Below, in pieces: positions 52,701 through 64,000 of a stretch of 64,000 nucleotides of DNA; the stretch's first letter is position 1, and each line of letters opens with the position of its first letter. The notes under the pieces were generated by a model. It did not search any database, was not told the origin of the DNA, and saw only the letters and a list, made by a program, of their open reading frames with translations. The translations under genes and the position numbers were made by a program. Source of the DNA: Bugula neritina (taxonomy: Eukaryota > Animalia > Bryozoa); the NCBI GenBank assembly GCA_964035545.1, contig OZ037773.1, positions 9,019,751-9,083,750 of the forward strand, in the 5' to 3' direction.

Positions 52701-53466
52701 GTTCAGTGGCAACAGTGTCTTTTAAGTCTTGAGGTGTTTTTCCCAGTGCACATCTGTTTATGCTGGGTTCTTTCAGTTAACATACAAGGTGGTAGAATAC
52801 CCATTCACAACATTATATTTGCAAAACCTGATTCTAGTTTACGTACATATGCAATTCCAATTCTTTAGGAAAAGACTAAGAATGGCCGACCCCGACGCCC
52901 TATGGCTGGCTATCAGTACTACTTCCTGGCAAAAGGCGAGAAATCAGTTGAAGTGAGGAATTTATCTTATCTTACGGGAGGACAACTCTACCAGTAACCG
53001 CACTTAGTTCTGGTCATCCAGACCAGAGTTGACTTATTCACTGATGATTTTTAGTTAATTGCTGAAAAGGAATATGTTTACTCTTGTAGGTGGGAGGTGA
53101 GCGGTGGAAAGTCCTCAAGAATGAGTTCAATGCTTTGCCAGCCAATGAGAAAGAGGTACTACTTTTAGTATTATACTACTACTATTACTAGTACTACTGC
53201 TACTACTGCTAGTACGACTACTACTAGTACTACTACTAATATTACTACTACTACTAATACTACTACTACTACTACTAGTACCACTACTACTACTACTACT
53301 AATACTACTAGTACTACTAATACTATTGCAGATATATGAAGGAAAAGCAGCTGAAGATTCTCTCAGATATCGACAGGAAATGACCGAGTGGGTCGCACGG
53401 ATGTTGAAGGAAGGAAAAGATCACCTTGTATCAAACTATTCTAAACAAAAGTATCGCCTGTTTTAG
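49759..53466 (+). CDS. TFAM: Mitochondrial transcription factor A (two HMG boxes), ~222 aa
   Basis: Exons 49759-49775, 50991-51148, 51632-51702, 52084-52221, 52869-52952, 53090-53155, 53332-53466 (669 nt). Features: Arg/Leu-rich, acid-free presequence; box A LSQNWNQLTSDEQQIY; box B GRPRRPMAGYQYY...IYEGKAAEDSLRYRQEMTEW; TFAM-type tail MLKEGKDHLV. Confidence 0.85.
53156..53325. repeat. (CTA)n tract making up nearly all of TFAM intron 6
   Basis: Directly visible. Confidence 0.9.
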
Positions 53467-54615
53467 AGACTTCACGTTTGTATATTACTCAGTAGTCCAT
53501 TTACTCTGTGACTGAAGTTGTATTCTCTTTACAACATGCCACTGGCAGATATGTTAAGCTTGTTACATTGTGATTTGGTGTTCCCCATGTACAGAGATTG
53601 TCTATATATTCGAGATTATTGCTACATAATACACAAAAATGCATAAACATTATATAATATAACGTGGCATTTCTTTAAATTGTTTTTTTCCAATTTACCA
53701 GTAGATATTAAAACTTACCAAGACACAACTAATTCTGTGATCTAACAAGGTTGAGGGAGTTCCTTTCAATTGACTAATATAGTCTATGTCAATAATAGCA
53801 TGTCTGGCGAGTTATTTAAATGTTGAGACGTTTTTACAAAACTAATCCATATGAAACAAGTTTATTCACATATAAATGCTCAGGACTTGAGAATTACGTG
53901 TAGAAAATAATATCGGAATGTAATTGAAATTGCAGATTTTTTTAAATTCCTGAAGCACACAAGGCAGAATATTTATAATTATATATTAAAATAAAATATA
54001 TTTATTATTATATACATGATTTAAAACAGTCACTGAGCATAGAATGGCATTAGTAAGCATTCATGGAGAGGTAATTACGAATTTACTCAGTTAAGTATTT
54101 TATGCTCTGTTGGCTGAACTGCAAATAGCAACTCTCTAAATATATTACATTATTATCCAAGAGTTATTTTCTTCCAGTCTTGAAAGAAATTATCACAATA
54201 ACAATCTGATTTAGCAAAAATATAGAAGATAAAAGGAGTGTAGGCAAAATATACAGTAAGGTAGTTGTGTAATGTACAGGTAGCAAGGCACAATGGTGTC
54301 TAAGATTGAAACAAATGATTTCAAGTTAATTAGTAGCAGTAATTTCATTTTCATGCAGACCGGGATTATTGTTGAGATTAATAGAGAACTACAGCCAATT
54401 AAATGCATCTAACAATGATTATAGCCAATAGAAATTTGTCTAATAATAAAAACAACAAAACTGTAATGTCTAATATTGTAGCTATGTACATAAATATTTA
54501 CAACATGCACTTATACCCGTAATAGCTAAGACTAAGTAATAATGTACACAGCTTAAACATTCCTGAGAAGTATACGATGATGTCATCACAGATCAGCCAA
54601 TCAGGAAGCAGTCTA

Positions 54616-57600
54616 TCAGCTACCTAATGTACTAGAGTCGCTAGGAAGTAGAGTACACGGACTGCCATAGTTGTCATCGTCCAATGTCCGATCTATCATC
54701 AGTTGGTCAGGTCGACAGCGTGCTGACTCCAGAGAAGCTGACTGCAGAGAAGCTGACTGCAGAGGGTGACTAGATCTATTAGAGTCAGCGAGGAGACTGT
54801 CACATTCGCTCTGAGCATGCAGTCTGGCAGCTGACTCAAAATTACCACCATGTATCTCGGATCTCCACCTGATGTATCACACAAATACAGATAAGGGAGT
54901 GTCCAAACAGACTAAAGCTCTGAATAGACGGTAAAACTGAGCCACGGATGGTATGTGACAAGTACAACTCTAGAACCAAGTATAATGGGACGTTTGACCC
55001 CATGAATATCAATGCTGTAACTAAATGGAATCTATTGCAAAGTGAACATTTACCCGAGACTATTTCCGCCATCTTGGAGAGACAACTCGCTGGTTAGACT
55101 GAGGCCGGAGCCCATCAGCCCCTCCTCCTCGATATCGTACTCTCCGAGATCCTGAGAACTTCGGTGATCGTCTGTCGTACCGTCAATACCACTGTCTTGA
55201 CCTGAGGTAGCCTGCGTGAATACCAGTGACTGTCAGTAAAGAGTTACTAGTGCGAGTAGAAAGTTACTAGTGAGTAGATAGTTACTAGTAGTTTAGTTAA
55301 TATTTGGGAGTTGTCAACTCACTTTATTAGAAAGTTGAGGCGGGGACACAAAAGTGCTATTGAGAGGTAGATTGGTGACCAAGTCGTTGACTGGATGGAT
55401 GGGGGCGAGAGAGCTCTGTGTGATGGACATGGTGAGCTCGTAGTTAGAAGGAGCCGTGCACACCGTCAGGGGCTGGTGGTCAAAGGATCCCGGGTGCCTT
55501 CGGTAGGTGCGGCTGGAGCGGTGTGGCTGTACAAACCTAAAACAGAGGCTCAAGTTGATCAAGTTCATTGATTGATTTGATTGTAGAAAATGTAATCAGT
55601 AGCTAACATGAGAACATAACAGAGGTTTGAGTAAAACTTGAGGACAGTAGAGGTGGAGTTCAGATATTTCGGCGAAGAATTTTATTCACGACTCGATATA
55701 AAAGTATCCTGAAGAATGATTTCATTGAAAAAAAAATAAGTGAAATGCCGGGCAGATATATTGAGAACTTACTTCTTACGGAACACCATCAGCATCAGCG
55801 CAGATATAATAATAAGTATGAGAGAGATGGACACACCAATGATAATGCCTATGTGAGTCTCGGTAAGTCCAGATGAGCCAATAGGAGAGGCTGAAACAAA
55901 GTATTGACCAATAGTAACAGCTACAGTCTAACATCATCAATTATGTTATGAGTGATTCAATGCTAAACATGTAAGCTACAGGTCAAGTAGAAATGTTATT
56001 GTTGTCCCAGCTGATTGCTATTCTGCTGCCAATGTGAGTTGTCCCCACATGATTCTGAAAGCCCTGACAGGACATTTATTTACTGATGGAAGCTTTATTA
56101 TTCACTTAACAGAACGAATAAGACAATACTATATAAAGTTACCTGTATTGGTGTTACCCAGGTATCCGGAACTGCCTGTTGCGCCCTCACCTACAGGCAG
56201 CACACTGCGTTGAGGTGTACTGAACACTAGAGATGACATAGCACCAGCTCCGTGCAGGTTGATGCCGGTGACGGTAATGTTGTAAGTGGTGGAAGGCAGC
56301 AGGTCAGCGTACTCTACCTTGTAGAACTTCTTCTCAAAGGAAGCTGTGAATCAGAACAGCCAACAGAGTTTTGAAATATCACTAAACTAATCGATTAAAT
56401 ATATTCTAAATATTTATATGTATTTGTGTACAAGTTGAATAAGTTAAATTATCTTCCCATGTAAACCACAACTGAACAAGTCAAAGTTTAACAACGTCAG
56501 AGGCTGAGTGAACTACACAACCGAGTCTTTGCTACGACCACCAGAACCAATTCAAACTCTTGTATTTGAAGTGGAAAGAGAACAACTAGCTAGGAAATGT
56601 AACCATGGCAACAGCATGTCCTTGACACCTACCGGGTATAGTAGTGGTGTTGATGGAGATCCAGGTGGAGTAGGTCTGCGTGTACAGCTGGAGGACGTAC
56701 ATGGTGAGGTCGTGCTCGGAGCTGATGGAGTTCCAGTTAACCACCGTCACTCCCGGGAACCTGTGAAACAGGGCCGTGAGACCCTTGGCAGAGGGAGGGC
56801 GTCTGACCGTGTGAGAGACAAGGGGGGATACCCTCCGCTCCTCGCTGACGTTGGTGAAAGCCGTCACTTGAAACTCGTACGTTATGTCGAGCTCGAGACC
56901 CTGAGGAGACAACACCTAACTGTATCACAGCTGACTAACACACACTAACTGCTGCCTGACAGCTAGCATAGACATTCATACTTCTCCATAGTATTTCGGT
57001 GATAAAAGATGAGTCATGAAACACACAGACAGATGGTTACCTTGACGATAGTCTCCAGCTCGTCTTGTATCAGTATGGAATATTCTGGAGAGAACTCAGT
57101 CTGGCCGCGTGTGCGCCACTGCACGTGGTAGTTGACTTCGCACGTCTGGTTGAGGAAATGTCCCGCCTTCCACTCCACCAGCACGTCGTAGACGCCGTTA
57201 GCGTACTCCACGCCTACAGGAAGTAGTTCCAGCAACAGGTTGAACGTCACGTCATGATAGAATGCAGCACATTATACATTACTTTATTGTGAGAAGATAA
57301 AACACAGTTTAATAAAGAGAAGGAATTGAATTCCAAAATCGAATAATTCCATGATATGCATATAGAGAGTATTATTCTATAAACAAAGAACATGTAATCT
57401 ATGGACAAGAAGCGTATTTTCTACGAATGATGTGTATATAATCTATAAAGAGCATTACATTAAGCGCTATATACATAGAAGTGAGATTTCAGATGTACTT
57501 ACCTTCGCGCTGATGTGGCCTGACAGCGATGTCCCTAGGTGATATGACGGTGGGACACCATCGGTCAAAGGAGGCGACGGCAGCAGTCTGGGGCTGTCCT

Positions 57601-60600
57601 TTCACGACGGGGGCCACAACTACCACACATCTCTTCTCTGGTAAACAATACAACATGTCAGTTGTTACGGGTGGCTGTGAGGTACGCCCCAAACTAAACC
57701 AGAGCCACTGATAATCAGTTGCTTGTAGCCAGGTAGTGTATGCTAAAGGTTGTTCTAGCAAGTTCTTATTTGACTAGTCGCACAACATTGCAAAAGGACA
57801 AAGAAAACCTTTCTGAACCAAAACACTGCACACTTTCAAACACATTGTTAATAAAATCTCACTGCCGATAGAGAAGAACCATTTCTAAATGTCCAGCTGT
57901 ATTGACTCATTACATTATATACAAAGTGTTGACTGCAGATGTGAGCTGCAGATTTCCAATTAACATCTGACAACATTTGACAGCATATCACACTACAAGT
58001 AACAAGTGATCAAGTGAAATCCTTCTGCAAAAAACTTTGCCAAAAGAATATTTAAATAATTAATTGAATTCATCATGAAGAGAATTCAAATCTATTAACT
58101 GAAATACTCAGAACCTACTAAGCTTGGAATAAATTTAGAAAGACAATTATTCAAAGAAATGTAAAATAAACTCTAGAATGACGCAAACTCATTTTACTAT
58201 CACCTGCAGAGTAAAATCCCACACAAATACGGAATGATTTATTTTGGAAGCAAATTACATGCAACTTCACTTCACGCTGAGCTGACATTAGGACATACAG
58301 ACAGACAGACATCATTGTGACATCAGCTGACAGCATCCAACTAGCCGGCAGCAACAGCGACCTTTCCTATTTCACAGGAAGTGATGTAATATACTCACCG
58401 ACTGGAATAATCTTGAGGGTTTTATTCGCGCAGTCGAGTGTGACGAGAGCCTCGATTTCATCACACTTGTACCAGACGTAGTAATAGTCGCAGTTCTCAA
58501 CTTCCGTCCAGTAGGCTACTACTCCGGGGAGTCCCTCCTCTCCCACAATGTCAACTATCTGCACGGAAGGAGCTGGAGCTAAGTCTACAAGTATGAGTCA
58601 TCAGACTTGTCAATGAACAGCCAGAGAAACAGAGCTACTGTTGAGATAATGTACTATACCTGGCTGAGTTTACTAACTTAGCTGCCCTGCCACTTACCTT
58701 TAACTAAAGGTGACTCACCTGTGGTAACTAAAGGTGACTCACCTGTGGTGACTAAAGGTACCTCACCTGTGGTGACTAAAGGTAACCCACCTGTAGTGAC
58801 TAAAAATGACTCACCTGGTGATTTGATGAGCTGCCGCTGAAGCTGCTGGACTCGCGCCACTGGCTCACTGATGGCCTCAACCTCCACGAATAAAGTCACA
58901 TTTTTTCTGAATCCTGAATAAGAAATATGATTGGAGGTCAAATTGTTGGGATTTTACACAAGTTGGGAAAGCTTTTCCTAATTCATTATAACTTTTCATG
59001 TATCATCTCAGCTATGCCAGAAATGTTATGCTTTTTCCACTCTCATTATGGCTACTACACAATAGCTTAATATTGCAACATAACATAATATTACAAAAGA
59101 CATGGGCTAGCTGTGACCAACAAAACAAATTGCATGTGATTTTAAAACTATGACCCTATAGGGAGGATTCTTTTAAAACTATGACCCTATAGGGAGGATT
59201 CTTTTATTCTCGAGGACTGAAAAATATCATTTCACAATTAAAACCATTAGCACAATGACATATTTGAATTCCCATGAGCTGAATAACAGCTAGTAACTAA
59301 TACTAATAATCATTATTTTAATTATTCAACTTGTGGTAATTATGCAACATTTTAGAGCAACTTTGGTGGTCATCTCATGCATTTAAAGAAATCCCTCAAC
59401 TCTTGTAACAATAATCTTGTTTTATGAATCATCTACAGCTTAACATTAAATATTTTTTAATAAATTTCTACCTGATGCCTATATACTATAACAGGAGTAT
59501 ATATACTATAATAGAAGTATATATACTATAACAGGAGTATATATACTATAATAGAAATATTGTATATATAATACATGAAGACAACAAAAGAAAATATATA
59601 TTCAAGGCATAGAAGTTGCTTGCAGTGAAAGCCAACGTATTCAGAGGCAGTGAAATGTTTAGTTCTGCTTTGATATTTTCTCTGGTTTTTTAATGCCAAA
59701 AGCTCAAAAAAATATTTTAACAATTATTTTATATGTAAGTTGTTCTAATATTTAAATTATGGTGTTTATTATACTGGCATTTACAGCAGAGTATAAATTA
59801 TATCAAAGCGAGAGTATAGGAATTATCTCCACCTTCAATCAGCGTGTAGTTCTGATTGTTACTCCTCTCTATGAGCTCCGAGATGACATGAGGCACTACG
59901 TCCTCTGTATTATGATGCCGTAGTATGACTCTGTAACTGGCCACCATAGGCAGCGAGTTCCACTGTATAAGCAGCACATTGCTGAAGTCTATCACCTCCA
60001 ACCCATACTCAACTAACAAACAGAGAACACAGTCTATTTATCACCTAGTCCAACAACTAATAACAGGAAATGGGAACGTTACGCAACAGCAACATACATG
60101 CATAATAAGTTGATCTGGAGTAATAAATTAATAATGACATATAAGCCAACATGGTAGTCACTGTAATTACAGTATAAGTACTAAACATTCAACTCATGGA
60201 TAATACTAGTAGAAATAAAGGAATTAATCTCACTATATTTGATAGCAGCAGGAGGGTTGATCTGCTTTGAGAAAGCTTGAATAAAGTGAGGGGGGCTAAT
60301 CTGACCCCCGACTCGGTTGAACACCGAGAGTTGGATTCTGTAGTCTACGTCTCCCAGGATAGTCTCAAAGGTGGCATTGCAGCAGACAGTGTCGTTTGCT
60401 AGGCAGGGCTTACACTGACACTCATTGGGCAGTAGCAGCTGCAAAGAGCAGGCAAGTCTATATGGCAACTGATAGCAAGCACCTTGCCCCAGCTGTCACC
60501 GAGAGCACAGCTAACCTGGCTATTGGCTGGACATGAGTGATGCATGGTTAGCCAGCAGTGTGATAGCCATGACAATGTGTCATCAATCACCTTGCACACA

Positions 60601-63279
60601 CTTGTCATATTATACATCACCAAAACATGCTTATTTACTGCCTTTATATATAAAGAAATAGTTGAGGAAACTGACTATTTCTACTGTTGAGTTTTTAAAG
60701 CTCAACTTTCCAAGTATATACATGCATCAGCAAAAAAAAACACATTCAGTTTTAAATTTAAAATTTTCTGGTTTTTTTGGTAGCAAAATTCGAAAAGAAA
60801 CACTGTTTTAATAGATACATACGCTGTTATATGTCACACCAGTTATACTACAACTTACTGTGTAAACTTGAGAATTTCACATGACATTAGCTCAATCAAG
60901 CACCTGCCATGTGATGTCACACCAAGATGGCACTTGGTTACACACATTCAGGGCTACTTTACCTTGTAGATGATCTCGCTGTCAGGAGAACAGGCGGCAG
61001 AGGAATACGTCAAACTGTACGCCAGCATGCCTCTGTCATCCGGGTGTTTCCGGGCAGTCCAAAACACTTCTATACTCTCCTGGCTCAAATAGTTGGCGTA
61101 AACAATCTCTGGTAGAAACGGCACTCCATCTGCACAAACAGGAAGAAGAAGTTAGTAAACACATTCCAGCTCAGTCAGCAGGGGAATATATCAATGAGTT
61201 ATCAGTTGTTTAGTTGTGAGTTCTGTAAAACCCATCAAATGAAGAGAAGAGGTTAGCAGGACTTCAACTGTAGCTGTGAAAATCATCAACAGATCCCTGT
61301 TTATGCCCTCACTATCTATCTAGCAACTACAGCCACCTAGTGTCACTATGTATCTAGCAACTACAGCCACCTGGTGTCACTATGTATCTAGCAACTACAG
61401 CCACCTGGTGTCATCACTATGTATCTCACTATAACCACCTGCTACCTGGTGTCATCACTATGTATCTAACTATAACCACCTGCTACCTGGTGTCATCACT
61501 ATGTATCTCACTATAACCACCTGCTACCTGGTGTCATCACTATGTATCTAACTATAACCACCTGCTACCTGGTGTCACTATAACCAAACAGGTACCTTTG
61601 AGGACGACTTGAAGGAAGTAGGTGCGAGACTTCACTCCGTACTTGTTACTCGCCACACACTGATAATATCCGGTGTCCGTGAGGGACAACTTCTCCACTC
61701 TCAGGTCATTAGCCACAAGCTGCAATATGATTGGTTGAACATTCATCTCCCGAAAGTCGTGTAAGATTACAAAATTATTTATGTTACTGAAACATCAATA
61801 ACCAAAAATTCACTGAGTTTTCCGAGAATTAGAAGAACTGGTAAAATAACTTCCTTTTTTCCTAAGAGAGAAACTCTTCAACATTAATGAGGAGTTTAAG
61901 AATTTAATGAAGTAAAGACAGAGTAAGAAGTAGTAGAGAAGTTCTAATGGTGATAACTTTATTCACTCTACATTAGTTTTTAGAGTACACGGGATTAAGG
62001 AGAAAACAAAGGAAATGAGAGTGAGGTACAAAAAGTAGCACCTGTCAATATGTGACATGCTTCATTTCATCACCTGTCACCATTTCAACAAGAAAAAGTA
62101 GAGCTTAAGCCAAAACCCGGTGTAGGATAAATAAGTTTACATAAATTATAGCTCAAAATGTTGTTGATTCGTGATCATTTCAACAAAAATGGCAAAAAAT
62201 TATACTTGGAAAAAATCAACATTGCATAAGCAGAGATTGGCTTCAACCAGCAAAATAGAGAAAAAGGCAACAAAGTGGGTTTTTAAAGTAAATTTTGGCT
62301 AACCCAATTAATAGCTTTTTTGCTATAATTTCCTTGGAGAAAGGCACAACTTTGAGGAAACGCATTTTTATACAAGCTTCAAGACTTCCGAGGAAAATTT
62401 AGGACATTAGGGTAGCCATTGTTGAGCTACAAAGCTCTTGGCGTGATGAAATACTATTTCAGTGCTTTTACAAGCAAGAGTTTACCTTCATCTCATGGCA
62501 CATGTCCACAGGTTCGCCATTCTTGTACCACACTACGGTGACCGCCGGCTCGCCGATTATTTCGCACTTGAGGACAACATGGTCGGTAGCGAGAGCGGAC
62601 AAGTGGCTGACGGGCTGGATGTCTTTACTCTCGTACTTGGGAGGTGCTAAAATAGATGACATAGTTGGTGACAGGCACGGCATCTCTCCTCAACTCACGA
62701 GATATTTACATAAATTAATGAACATGTTTACGAAATGCAAAAAATAGAAATCATAGAAACAAGATGGATTCTTTTAGACTCCTCACGGCTAACTTCTGAC
62801 TGCGGCAGTAATACTTACATTATAGCAGTAATACTTACACTACGGCTGTAATATAGCCGTAAACACACGTGTAAGTAAAGCATGCAGCTCTGACCAAATA
62901 ATCTCACAATTCATGAGATGATTGGCAATAGGAAACGGCAGTTGAAGTCAAATACTAAAATATGACTCAATGCTTCACGAAAACGACGTATGACTTTGAG
63001 GCTTGAAAAGGTTGGAATGAGAAGACAACTGAAATGTCGAAAATCAAATTACCTGAGGACCAACTAGAAAGTGTTTTTCACCGCCCCACCTCAAGAACAT
63101 TTAATTAACGAAAACTCGAATCAACTTACAGAATATTTCCACGTCAGCAACTGTTTGGTACAAGGAACCTGTTTGGACGTCAACCCTGTACTGGCCGGGC
63201 TGAGTAAGACCTCTCATGTACTGGTCTGGTTTAGTCATCTGTAGTTGCTGCCATACGGCATCGTGTGTCGCAGTATACA
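54616..63279 (-). CDS. Type-I membrane receptor/adhesion protein: >=1 Ig I-set + ~5 FN3 + TM + ~210-aa non-catalytic tail (5' end not found in the window)
   Basis: Minus-strand exons 63279-63130, 62646-62486, 61719-61596, 61129-60963, 60468-60234, 60012-59833, 58913-58815, 58584-58399, 57742-57503, 57213-57041, 56900-56633, 56343-56143, 55890-55773, 55536-55323, 55229-55054, 54868-54616. Ig motifs LKCEIIGEP..VVWYKNG and DTGYYQCVASNKYG; FN3 motifs GLELDITYEFQVTA and DLLPSTTYNITVTGINLHGAG; TM IGIIIGVSISLILIIISALMLMVF-RKK. Confidence 0.85.
58698..58820 (-). repeat. 24-bp repeat that reiterates a splice donor in frame
   Basis: The minus-strand unit (ACAG|gtgagtcacctttagtcacc) encodes ESPLVTTG. 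Confidence 0.9.
61310..61585. repeat. Compound minisatellite (ccacctgctacctggtgtcatcactatgtatct...) next to a splice donor
   Basis: Directly visible. Confidence 0.85.
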
Positions 63280-64000
63280 CTGGAAACATGAAGAGTATAC
63301 ACTGGAAACATGAAAAGTGTAGTGAACTAGGCTTTGAGTTGAGCATTAACTCTTCACTGATGTTCTTTATTATGTTTTATTATACTTCTATTTTGCTCTC
63401 TTAGAATTACACCAGTTCACTAGCACCAACTATTGCAAAGTGCCAGAGTTAGCACTGGCTGTGCTGTAGAAAGCTTTTCTTAGTGTAGCTTAAATAGCTT
63501 AGCAAACTAGCGCTAATTTCACTACAAAAGTATACACTGGAAACAGGAAAAGTGTACACTGGAAACAGGAAAAGTGTACACTGGAAATATGAACAAATAT
63601 TCAGTTTTATTCCACCAAAATACTTGGTAACTTCAGAATAAACTAGCATAAATATAAGAAACATTCTATGAGCAAGTAGAATATTGTAGTGTATGTCAGG
63701 TGCTTATATCAGCTGTTGAAGTAACACTGCAAGGTACACAGGCTACGGTATTAGATAATACAGCCTGAGAGATGCATGCAGTAGGGGAGTTAACTCAACA
63801 CTGGATGACTTTCAACTTATCTGATTTTATGAATACAAACATAAATTATTTGACATTTCCTCACACATTGAATAGAATAGCATATTAACACACTGTATAA
63901 GTGACTCCATCAGTAGCTGGCAGAAAGCAGTGAACATTAATAGTTATTATTTTATATTCCTAAGTGATTATATATTAAATTATATTATCTATTAAATTAT

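Noticed and set aside
61596-62646. Calling the Ig-containing gene an FGF receptor
   Set aside because: The Ig domain is followed by FN3 repeats, and the cytoplasmic tail ends without a kinase domain.

Overview
This is AT-rich, intron-rich animal genomic DNA, probably from an invertebrate (inferred from gene content). It uses GT-AG splicing and carries dense micro/minisatellites; no prokaryotic systems are present. Manual exon chaining with splice-phase checks gives, in order: the probable first coding exon of a minus-strand gene running off the left edge; a 9-exon uncharacterised coiled-coil gene (4664-9577,+); a 20-exon Sec1/Munc18-family SCFD1/Sly1 gene (11005-28580,+); two 2-exon caspase-fold protease genes (23556-25554 and 29634-31642,+); a degenerate duplicate of the SCFD1 3' end (~32780-34240); an inhibitory Smad6/7 (38352-44219,+); a small Shisa-like single-pass protein (44941-48866,-); mitochondrial TFAM (49759-53466,+); and the 3' part of an Ig/FN3 type-I receptor without a kinase domain (54616->63279,-). 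The most unusual element is the caspase-like pair. Copy A sits inside SCFD1 intron 16 on the same strand as its host. Both copies keep the His-Cys dyad (SHG, QTCRG) but lack the two S1-pocket arginines that give caspases their Asp specificity, and both carry two large insertions and no death-fold prodomain. Their differences cluster in the substrate-binding loops, and they share an IRF-like/CCAAT/TATA promoter. Together this suggests a lineage-specific, possibly immune-inducible, non-Asp caspase-fold protease family. All alignments were made by eye and no database searches were run.
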